Source: Chrysomallon squamiferum
Taxonomy: Eukaryota; Animalia; Mollusca
Assembly: GCA_012295275.1 (NCBI GenBank)
Contig: CM022670.1
Span: 40,486,001-40,550,000 of the forward strand
Reading direction: 5' to 3'
DNA: 64,000 bases
Shown: piece after piece, positions 53,060-64,000 of the stretch
Layout: each line of letters starts with the position of its first letter
How positions within the stretch are numbered: position 1 is the stretch's first letter
Notes under the pieces: generated by a model
What the model saw: only the letters and a program-made list of their open reading frames with translations
Database searches by the model: none
Told to the model about the DNA's origin: nothing
Program-made: the position numbers and the translations under genes

Positions 53060-54664
53060 ACAACAGAACACGTCAGACGTAAAGTATATAAAAGACGTTT
53101 TAATTTTCCTCAACGTTTTGTGTGGACATAAAGGGAAGGAATTTAATCCATCTAACTAATTTGTGTACCTCATTTTAATTTTAATAATTTTAGTTTGGTT
53201 TTAACATTGTGAGTGTGTTTTATGTAACTTTGTTTAATTGAATACAGTTTATCAGTAATGGTATTTTATTTCTTATTACATTGTGTTATTATTAATACTG
53301 TTTTTTTTTTTTTTTTTTTTTATATGAATATGAAACATTTGTTTTGATGTTTTTAATTTTTAGAAGTTGAGAATTTTATTATCATAACAAGAAAATTATT
53401 ATCATAACTATTACAGTTTTCTTCCAATGCAGGTGTCTGACATTTTATAGGAGTTACAGAACATAACTTTCATTTCAAAACAAAATAGATGTGGTTTATA
53501 AATAAATAAATATTATATTTTTTGTAAAATTAATAATATGTGGTATGTGTTTCTTTTGAAGAAAAACGTAATAAATATTTATGAATTTCAATTGACGTTT
53601 TTGTTTTATTTAACTTAAAGTTTGTGGAGGTTTTTTTTATTTTTTATTATACAAATACATGTATGTTAATTGTCGGTTGATTTAGTCTATCTTGAAATAC
53701 AATAAATTCAATTTATATCTTGTGTGGACTGTCAGTTTGTTTTGCTGATAGAAAATGGATATGTTGGCACGTGCGTATATAACGGCAACCAAATTCTACA
53801 GTATTAAACCAGAATGTTTGCTTTAAATACATATAAGGAATGTTTTGTTGCAGGTAAATTCTGTTTTGGCTCAACAACAACAACAACGAAAAAACAACAA
53901 CATATAAATAAATAAATAAATAAATAATACAATAAATGATAAAGGAATTAAAATTAAAATATTGCCTGGTTGGGATAGTAAATTAAAAATACTTTGCGCC
54001 ATCTCTGGTCTGTCTGGTATATACACAAAACCAAATCAAGTGAACTTCAGTCATAATTGTAAACCAAACCTTAAAATAGTTCCTACTGAAAATCATGTTT
54101 ATAAAAACCTTATTCAAATAAATAAACATGAAACATAAGGTTGATAAGCAGGAAATTATGGTGTATTGTGCTTAGAATCGGAAGTTACAGTGGACTGTTC
54201 TGTTACAGAGCTTTCGTCAAAATGTAGGACATTAGTTCCAAGAAATGTGTGCTTTTACAGTTATATTATTAAAAATACTTATTAAAAATTAAAAAAGAAA
54301 AAAAAAAAAAAAAAAAAAAAAAGAATAAGAAATCATCTACGACATTAATATGAGAATTAACGCATCCAATACAGAATATTTCGACGACGTAAAAAAATGT
54401 ATTTATTAACATATTCAAATGGAATAATAATTCTGTTGTGTTAAGACTGTTTTGATACAGAATTTTGTTTGTCTGTTTATTTCTTAATTTTAATTAAATA
54501 ATGAAAAAACAGCTTCGGATTCGTCTTCATGCGAATAAATCTGTCGACTTTGCCTCGCACAGCTCAGTCTGTATAAACAAAGAGTAACTATTTTGTATCT
54601 TAACACATGGACGTCATCTGCCCGATTCGCCATGCCTCTACAGCAGAATAAAGACAGTAACCAG

Positions 54665-55698
54665 TTATTTCTGTTATCCTGTAATCCTAAATATCACAAA
54701 AACTAAATGAAATTAACTGTTTTATTTCTGTTATCCTGTAATCCTAAATATCACAAAAACTAAATGAAATTAACTGTTTTATTTCTGTTATCCTGTAATC
54801 CTAAATATCACAAAAACTAAATGAAATTAACTGTTTTATTTCTGTTATCCTGTAATCCTAAATATCACAAAAACTAAATGAAATTGACTGTTTTATTTCT
54901 GTTATCCTGTAATCCTAAATATCACAAAAACTAAATGAAATTAACTGTTTTATTTCTGTTATCCTGTATTCCTAAATATCACAAAAACTAAATGAAATTA
55001 ACTGTTTTATTTCTTTTATCTTGTAATCCTAAATATCACAAAAACTAAATGAAATTAACTGTTTTATTTCTTTTATCCTGTAATCCTAAATATCACAAAA
55101 ACTAAATGAAATTAACTGTTTTATTTCTGTTATCCTGTAATCCTAAATATCACAAAAACTAAATGAAATTAACTGTTTTATTTCTGTTATCCTGTATTCC
55201 TAAATATCACAAAAACTAAATGAAATTAACTGTTTTATTTCTTTTATCTTGCAATCCTAAATATCACAAAAACTAAATGAAATTAACTGTTTTATTTCTT
55301 TTATCCTGTAATCCTAAATATCACAAAAACTCAATGAAATTAACTGTTTTATTTCTGTTATCTTGTAATCCTAAATATCACAAAAACTGAATGAAATTAA
55401 CTGTTTTATATCTGTTATCTTGTAATCCTAAATATCACAAAAACTGAATGAAATTAACTGTTTTATTTCTTTTATCCTGTAATCCTAAATATCACAAAAA
55501 CTAAATGAAATTAACTGTTTTATTTCTGTTATCCTGTAATCCTAAATATCACAAAAACTAAATGAAATTAACTGTTTTATTTCTGTTATCCTGTAATCCT
55601 AAATATCACAAAAACTAAATGAAATTAACTGTTTTATATCTGTTATCTTGTAATCCTAAATATCACAAAAACTAAATGAAATTAACTGTTTTATTTCT
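54665..55698. repeat. Homogeneous 57-bp tandem array, about 18 copies
   Basis: tttatttctgttatcctgtaatcctaaatatcacaaaaactaaatgaaattaactgt with period 57 (54724, 54781, 54838...). Confidence 0.97.
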
Positions 55699-55787
55699 CA
55701 GTTCACCGCTATCGACAGTAGCAGATTTTATCGTTTTGATTTCGCTGACGCTTACATCAAAACAAAATAGTTCTTACATAACAACAA

Positions 55788-55842
<55 letters not shown>

Positions 55843-56000
55843 AACAAGTAATTTATAACAACAGTATATTTTTATTTTTTAAATGATCCTTTAAGATTTT
55901 AAAGCAACAATTAAACACTAAAGGCGCGCACGTGTTTGAGTATATCATGTGTGTCATTAAGTAATTTATCGAAGTAAATGTCGTTTAGGAGGTTTTATAT

Positions 56001-56031
<31 letters not shown>

Positions 56032-56664
56032 TTTTAATGAGTGTCCGAAAATATAGAAATGTGTCTACTCATCACATAAATCTAATCACCCATACTACGT
56101 ACAGCGACTGCAAGGTGAATCATGGTGTATCGCACGTCACAATGATTATACTAGCAAATTATCTTCAAGAAGACCGCTCTCGAATTCACGACTACACCTG
56201 TAGTTTGCGTTGATTAACATAATTATTCACAACAAGTCGCCCCCTTTTTTTTCTTCTTTTATATATATATATATCTTATGTAAATCAGTCTTATTCGACT
56301 TGTTACGTGAATTTCACATAACACGGACTGATCTCCCGATCCCAGCAGACGACACACAAAACAACAACCGCCAGTTCACGGAAAAAGACAGTACATCCTG
56401 AACGAGGTTTTTTCACTTGGTACAAAGCAAACTGGCGTCGCGGAAAAAGAGACCTTTTGTTCTTTTTAACACACTTGACTTTCCTGTTCAGCAAGTAACA
56501 TAATGTTATATTTCAGCACTTGAATGAAGACGTTCGGGATGCTCCTTTGTTAAAAAAGGATTTTATTCACTTTTATTTATTCCTAGATGTTGTGAGTGGT
56601 TGGCTTGTTCGTGTGTTTCATTGTTCAGTCAAGACGAAACGATAAAAGGTGATGTAAAAAAGAA

Positions 56665-56705
<41 letters not shown>

Positions 56706-56831
56706 AGAATTAATAATATGTAGTTATTGTTTTATGTTTAATAATTAAAAGTTAAGAATGTTAAAAACTTTAAATACTATTACCATAGCTACGTTAGCTA
56801 CTATTATGCTACTTCAACCACTACACCTAAA

Positions 56832-56868
<37 letters not shown>

Positions 56869-57807
56869 TTATTACTACTACTACTACTACTATCACTACT
56901 GTGTAAATCCTCTGCCTATGATAGTAATAATTACTGTTGTTTTTTATTTGTATTTGTTGGTGTTGCTGTTCTCTCTTTCTCTCTGGCGTAGTCATATGTA
57001 AGTAATATTCACAGCGTGTTTTTCGAATTTCGATTCAATTTCATGAATTCTTTACATTTTTTACTGTTTGACTGTACACTTGATCTTTTTAGCCGTTTAA
57101 AAAAAAAACAAAAAAAAAAAAACAACAACAACAACTGAAACAACAGTAAAAAAAAATGATGATAATCTAAAAACGCATATCGCTGTTGTGAAAGCTGCAT
57201 ACCGTAATACATATATATGAGAAAAAAAGAAAAGAAAACAAAACAACGGAAGAATCTATAAAAAGAGTCGGAAAAACTCAGCGTCTTTCGTCCTGTTTTC
57301 TTATCGTAAAGCATCCGGAAAGTGCAAGGTTCGTGCATTCGCTAAAAACACGGCTTTCACGTATTTATTTATTTATTTATTGGTTTTGTTATTTATCTAT
57401 TGTAGACTATGTTGGCCAACTCAGTTTGTATGTCTTTTAGAGGACTGGTAATTGCTTTCGTCTCACTCTGTGCAGGTTTACAATAATCTAACATGCACAG
57501 AACCAAATGGATATAATTTACTGCACATATCAATATGATGATAAGACGTGTTTTTTTAGACTCTTGACAAAAAAAAAAAAAAAAAAAAAAAAAATGAAGG
57601 AAAAAAAAAAAGAAAAGCACAAAAAATCCCCCCACACACAGACATGTAATCACTATTTAATTTGTAGCGTCGTTTCATTTCTCATATATATATATGTGTG
57701 TGTATGTATATATATATATATATATGTGTGTATACATTCTGTAAATAATCCACCCCTCCTTCCTTTTATACTGAGGCTCAGCGATTCTCAGGGTCATATA
57801 TACATTA

Positions 57808-58084
57808 CACGGCCGTAACCAGACTCTTTTTGAAATGAGGCAAGAACTGATGACTTAGAAGTCAGTTATGTCTTTCATCGCAACGATGTCGGTAGACTTC
57901 AAACGGTAACCGTAGACAAAAACAATTAATTCAGTGGATATCGTTTCTATACAAATAGAGATTTATATTTTATATTTTTAAAATAAAATTTTTGTATTAA
58001 AAAAAAAAAAAAATAATAATAATAAAATCGTCAATTTCGGTATGAGGCATTTGCCTCATTTGCCTCAGTGCAGTTACGGTCATG
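57808..58084 (+). mobile_element. MITE of 277 bp with terminal inverted repeats and a 5-bp CATTA target-site duplication
   Basis: catta|CACGGCCGTAACC ... AGTTACGGTCATG|catta; internal tgaggca/tgcctca motifs. Confidence 0.8.
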
Positions 58085-59384
58085 CATTACGGAAGACTCC
58101 TAACATAGTAGGTTTTCCATAAAGTCATGTAGAGCATAAAAATCTTTGTCGAACGAGTTTTTTTAATGGAAATGTACGTGATTTAGTGAATGGTTTTTAA
58201 CGGGACGTATTTAACTAGTGTTTGTAAATATACGACAGCGTGTTCGTTCAGTATAAAATATCTTTACCTAAGTTTTTTAACAAAAATATTATTGTAACAA
58301 CGCCTTACATAAACAAGACTCGTTTCCAAAAGTCTGCGCTGGTTGTGTCCAGTTAATATCAGATGTTAAAATGTGAATACTAGAAGTTTAATCCAGCAGT
58401 TGTAACACTCGTCATGTTTTAATTAATTCTGTTACACGGTGAATGCTTGTTTCATTCAGTTAATTTATAATTTTTTCTCCTGATTTAAAATAATAAATTC
58501 TCGTTAAGGGTTATTGTTCATTATTAATGAATTACCGTGACTGAATCTTTTGGTTTCAGTTATTAATAAATTTGTTACGAAACACTAGCCTGCATTGTCT
58601 TTGGAACAGTTATTTTCGTTAAAAAAAAATGTTCGGTTAGCACTGATGTTGTCGTTATTGTTTTTAGAAGTAGTGGTTGTGGTAGCTTTAAAAAAAAAAA
58701 ATAATAATAATAAAAATAAATAAATAAATAATACAAAAGTTTGTAATGACATTGGTTTAACTCATCACAGGCCAATTTACAATCGGATGGAAAACAATAG
58801 CAATATAAATCTTTCATTTAAAAAAGAAAAGAAAGGAACACACACACACATATACACACACACAGATACATATATACACACACAGATACATATATACATA
58901 CATACATATACAAACACACACATATATACAACCACTATTATAAAATTATAAAAATATAAAAGATACACAACTATAAATAATAATAATAATCTATTAACAA
59001 TGTTAGTGGTGCAAGGATAAACTAGATTTAATAAACAAAATGGATTTATTATTTCAGTGTATAACCTATATTCAATTAATAATTTCACCTTTTGAAAATA
59101 TAATTTTAAAAAAAAAATCTGTTTTGAAACTGACTTAGAACATTTTTGTATTTCAGAAGCTGACATCACAGCAACATGCACTAGATTCTGACGTTGAAAT
59201 GGACACTAAGGATCTTTCTTAACAGTTCATTATGTCGTATCAAGTGATCTTAGTTCAACAGTTACACTAAAGAAAATAAAACTGGCAGTTTGGATTGTCT
59301 ACGCTGTCTGTCGCGATGGTTACCAGTCAAAATCTGTAGTGAAGTTATCCAAGGGAAATAATCGTGTTTTCCTACCACTTCGAA

Positions 59385-61496
59385 ATGAGAGTAACGCCCG
59401 GCCGTCTGTTTTGGGGGATTATCGTGATGGGAATTTTCATTCCTTCTTGTTTTTTCTTGACGCATTACATGAAACAGGGTCAACTCGAAGGTAGAATGAA
59501 TCATTTGAATTAGCATTTATATTATTTTATACTTCTCATAACAAATCTGAGATGAAGGTAGAGAAATGTATTTTGCGATAGAAACGAATTTGTAACTCAT
59601 TTACGAATAATGTTAAAACTAATTAAACAAGTGTATTAAGTTTTAAATTCATACTAAACATCATTACGTAAATAACAATGTAATTGATAAATCAGTACAA
59701 ATTGAATCTTATTTTACATTATGGGTATATGCGTGTTTCACGTGCATTCGACCTTTTTACAGCAAAGCCCGTGGAGTACAGTACTATTTGAAAGTGTGCT
59801 GCTGGCTGTTACACCAAACGCTTTCACTCCTGCACCAAAAATAACATGCATAATAAATAATTCTAAAATAATCATTTAAGAATTTTGTTTTTGGTGACGA
59901 TTTTCATCTTGATAATTTTTTTTTAAATTTTTTTTTTTTATCTTTTATTTTTTGAGATTTTTAAAAATTAAAGGTCCACAATTTTATTGAGTAACTGCTA
60001 GGTTGTTAATGTAAAATCTAATAGGGTCAGTTATAAAATATATTTTTTGGTGGTTAAGGATTGAGATATTAATTATTTGAGAAGATAAGTCTAAAACAGG
60101 AAAAGGTCTAAAAAATAAATAAATATAGTAACCTAGTTTAATAGAAGTATCAATCTTGTACCGCTAAGCCCATTTTGATCATCAACTTTTTATTTTGATA
60201 TTATTATTATTATTATTATTTATTATTATTTTTGTAGATATATTAAGGTTGTCTCCAAAGGATCACAAAATTCAGGTTTGTTTCGTTTGTTCCGATGGTT
60301 GTAAATTATTATTTTATTTTTATATTAGTATTTCACATTAAAAATTATTATAACGTACCCTTTAAATATATATATTCATGTGGTCGTTAATAGTAACTGT
60401 TTACATTACCCAGTATTTTAAAACACAAATTAATGTAATTTGTTTATAGATGTATGCACATTTTTAATGAAACTTCCTTCTCCTCATCACTCTTCCTCTT
60501 TCTGTTTAATGTGGTTTTCTCCCTTCCTCTTCCTCTCGCCTCTCTCTCTCTCTTTCTCCAAACATATGTTCCAAAATATTAATGAAAGACAAACGCTTGT
60601 TTAAATTTAAGAACTGGATTAATTAACATACATGATTATTTCAGAGAACAATCAGAAGAAGACCACAGACAAAGGAGGAATTTTGTAAATCTCGAGAACT
60701 CGTCCACAGCGTTATCAAACCAGAAATGTTCAAGGATATATTAGTGGACGACAGATACAAAATGCTCTACTGCGTTATACCCAAAGTTGCGTGCACAAAC
60801 TGGAAACGAATTTTTCTGGTGTTATCAGGAAAGGTCAACGAGACTGACCCTATGAAACTGCGCGCGCCGCACGTACACGGAAGCCTCGAGTCGAAACTGA
60901 CCTACTTGAGCGAGTTCTCGCCCAAACAGATAAAAGACAAAATTAAACGCTATTACAAATTCATGTTCACGCGGGATCCGTTCGAGCGACTTCTTTCAGC
61001 GTACAGGAACAAATTCGTTACTAAAAGCGTCCTGTTCCGAAAGACGTTCGGCAGGAAAATAATCCGAAAATTCAGAATTAACGCGTCGAAAGAGTCGCTG
61101 AACACCGGAAATGACGTCAGCTTCCTGGAGTTTATTCAGTACATCGTCGACTTTACCCGAGAGGAACCTCTGAACGACCACTGGCAGAGAATGACGGAAT
61201 TGTGCCACCCGTGTCTGATAAAATACAATTTTGTTGGTTCTTATAACAAAATGGACGAAGATGCCGCGAAGATATTGAGAGCTGTTGGTGTGTCTGACAA
61301 AGTTAAATTTCCGAAGAGAGACGCTGCTTACAAACATCAAAAAACAGAGGTTCTTCTCCACCAGTTTTACAGTAAAATACCACCAGCCTTTTTAAATCAA
61401 CTCTTCAATTTATATTATTCAGATTTTCTCATCTATGGTTTAAAAATTCCAGGTAGCTTAAAGAATTTGACAAAATGGCGACTTGTTAACTATTAA
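59385..61496 (+). CDS. Carbohydrate sulfotransferase, CHST11-like (Sulfotransfer_2 family), type II Golgi membrane protein, 331 aa
   Basis: Exons 59385-59490 (MRVTPGRLFWGIIVMGIFIPSCFFLTHYMKQGQLE, signal anchor), 60238-60275 (DILRLSPKDHKIQ), 60645-61496; PAPS-binding motifs IPKVACTNWKR and RDPFERLLSAYRNKF; NDHW...LCHPC. The exact orthologue within CHST8-14 cannot be resolved by eye. Confidence 0.92.
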
Positions 61497-62751
61497 AATG
61501 AACGTTTATTTTAAAATTCGTTTATTTTAAAATTCGTTTAGAATGTATATTTCTATAAGGAGGAAAATTTAAAGAATGAACTAAAAGTAAGCCCAAATAA
61601 TAAATAAATAAATAAATAAAAAAAAAAAATAAATAAATAATAATAATAATAAAGTAAAAAAAAAAAAAAAAATCTACTAAACAAACAATCCTGTCATAGA
61701 ATTAATTTATATCACCATCTCTAAGAAAATTGTATTTAAGAAAGAAAGAAGAAAAATAATAATAAGAAATACCAAGATAAATTGATAAAATTATTATGTT
61801 AATGTGCACTTTCATTTTATAGTTGTGTGTGTGTGAGTGTGTGTGTGTGATAGTTTTATCAACGTAATCTATGTCATTATCACAATATATATTCGCTTTA
61901 CAGATAAACTTTCACTCAGTTTTGACTGACTTGTATTTCCAGAAGATTTTTATAAAATATTCAGACATGTATATTTGCATCTTTGTCTTGTTTGATTTTA
62001 TTTTTGTTTTTCTCGGCAGGAACATACACCGTGTAATAAAATATACTGGAACGATTCCATTATTATTATTATTATTATTATTACTATTTTTATTATTTAT
62101 TTATTTATTGGTTACTTTAGAAATGTTTAGTGGTTTTTAATTACAAGTTTGTAGAGTTACATTCACAGTCAGTAGCTGGGCGTGTTTTACTGTTCATTTT
62201 TATACAGGAACAAAACAGCATCAAACATTACAAGGACTGCTAAGAAAACTGGAATGCGTGACGGACAGTAAAGACATCTTGTACTTTAATTAAAGAAATG
62301 TATTGTTTCCTATGTGATTTTCAAACTTCAGAAAAAAAATAAAATAAAAATAAAAATAATCCCAGAAACCACCCCCACCTCAGCTAATTTACAATAAACA
62401 TTTTATTTGATTTGTGTTTACCTAATTTTTTATTTTTGTTTTTTAAATTTCGAGAATGACTTAATTCATTACTTAATTGAAATTAAACACATTTTTCTCT
62501 TCAGCCAATAGTTCAATTCGCGAGCTACACATTTTTCGAAACAACTCTAAATTAAAATTGGTATTTTTATAATAGCTATTTGTTAATTAAAAACATGACC
62601 TGATCTGAAAATGGTTTTTCAGTTTTGAGGAAATAAAAACTCTTTTCAGATGATTTGTATTTAAAAAATCGTTTTTATTTATTTATTATTTTATTATTTT
62701 ATTGATTTGTTTGTTTGTTTGTTTGTTTGTTCTGTATTTATTTCTGCAGTG

Positions 62752-63030
62752 CATGGCCGTAACTACACTGAGACAAATGAGGGAAATGCCTCATATCGAA
62801 ACTGACGATTTGTTTTTAATACAAAGATTTGAATTAGAAAATATAAAATATAAATTTCTGTTCCGAAAGAAACGATGTCCACTGAATGATCTCGTTGATG
62901 TCTACGGTTACCGTTTGAAGTCTAAAAATTAGACGTCTTGCTGCGATTCCACATAACAAATATTTTCTTGTTACGTCAGTAAAAACAATACTCGCTTAGT
63001 GGATGGAAGCGAGGTTCTGGTGACGTCACA
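62752..63030 (-). mobile_element. Second, inverted copy of the 57808-58084 MITE
   Basis: catggccgtaactacactgagacaaatgagggaaatgcctcatatcgaaactgacgattt...gtctacggttaccgtttgaagtcta is a diverged reverse complement of 57890-58084; far end decayed (tctggtgacgtc). Confidence 0.8.
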
Positions 63031-63886
63031 TAACTATAGATTAAAATTACGTATTGAGTGCGTCGATCGTTATATAAAATAGTTATTCTATTTCGTTTCT
63101 TATTATTATGCTCTGAACTGATTTCTTGTTTCTTTTAATTTGTCGTCCGCGTTTCCTTATTTTTGGTAATTTGTATTTAATTAATTAATTAATTAATATA
63201 TTTATTTATTATTATTTTTAAATTCTTTTTTTGTTTTCATCTCTTTCTTTTGTATGGATTTGTATTTGTTCTTGAAGCACTTCTATTATGGATGAATGTC
63301 GGAATATACGGATTTGGACCACTAGCTATATAATATTCTTTTTCCGATCGAAAATCTTAAACACATTTTCTAAAGTTTGCCCAATGCTGAACAGATTCCT
63401 GAAATAAAAACAGACATAAAATAAGTTTTAATACAATTACTGAAATCATCCTGGGATTAGTGTTTATTTTTATATTCCTGTACACTTCATCCTACAGCTT
63501 GCTAGGTTACTAAAATCGCAGACGATTTTCTGTTGTTGACTTCAGACAGAATGAACGAAAAACCGCCATTACGTGAAAGTGTTAATATTTATGTTCTTAA
63601 TGTCTATTATTTACTTGTTTATATTCGCTTATTTAAATAGTTTAAATAGTTTTTCAAAAACAAATCATTCAGTATTAATTTTACTGTAATATCTGGTAAT
63701 GTTTTTTTTTTATTGAATATGACGTAACAAATGGCTACCAGTGTGTTTCCGGTTACCAGTCACACTCAGTATTTCTGTTCATTTATATAAATATATATTT
63801 CTATCTGAATAAGAAGAATATCCGCTAACGATGTTTGATATTGGTGAAGAGGAAGAGAGGAAAACTAATATATATATATATATATA

Positions 63887-63922
<36 letters not shown>

Positions 63923-64000
63923 ATTATAAATTTTTAAAATTTTAATATAACCTTTATCGCGTAGTACATATTCCTTATTTCAAGATAATGGTATTTTTTA

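Noticed and set aside
54665-55698. CRISPR-like regularity
   Set aside because: Contiguous units with no unique spacers, eukaryotic context, no cas genes
56303-56494. Minus-strand ORF with a hydrophobic stretch
   Set aside because: No further exons or recognisable homology; the CpG-rich segment is more likely promoter or 5' UTR of the sulfotransferase
60996-61361. 121-aa minus-strand ORF
   Set aside because: Antisense shadow of the sulfotransferase exon

Overview
AT-rich, microsatellite-laden eukaryotic (invertebrate, probably molluscan; inferred) genomic DNA with seven spliced protein-coding genes, whose exons I reconstructed by hand from splice sites and reading phase. In order: (1) an uncharacterised secreted Cys-rich protein (-, runs off the left edge, ends in a 9-nt microexon); (2) MAPK15/ERK7-8 (-); (3) a small GNAT acetyltransferase with a single coding exon (+, head-to-head with MAPK15); (4) MCTS1 (+); (5) CCDC22 (-); (6) SCLT1 (+, start codon 204 nt from that of CCDC22); (7) a CHST11-like carbohydrate sulfotransferase (+). 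Most ORFs in the supplied track are microsatellite or antisense artefacts. Notable observations: a 328-bp intronic MITE that appears colinear with mammalian Tigger4/Zombi (possible horizontal transfer); minisatellites repeatedly abutting or copying 3' splice sites; two inverted MITE copies bracketing the sulfotransferase; a possible U12-to-U2 converted intron in MCTS1; a GC-AG intron in CCDC22; two single-base frameshifts and one scrambled exon that may be assembly errors. No rRNA, tRNA or CRISPR seen.
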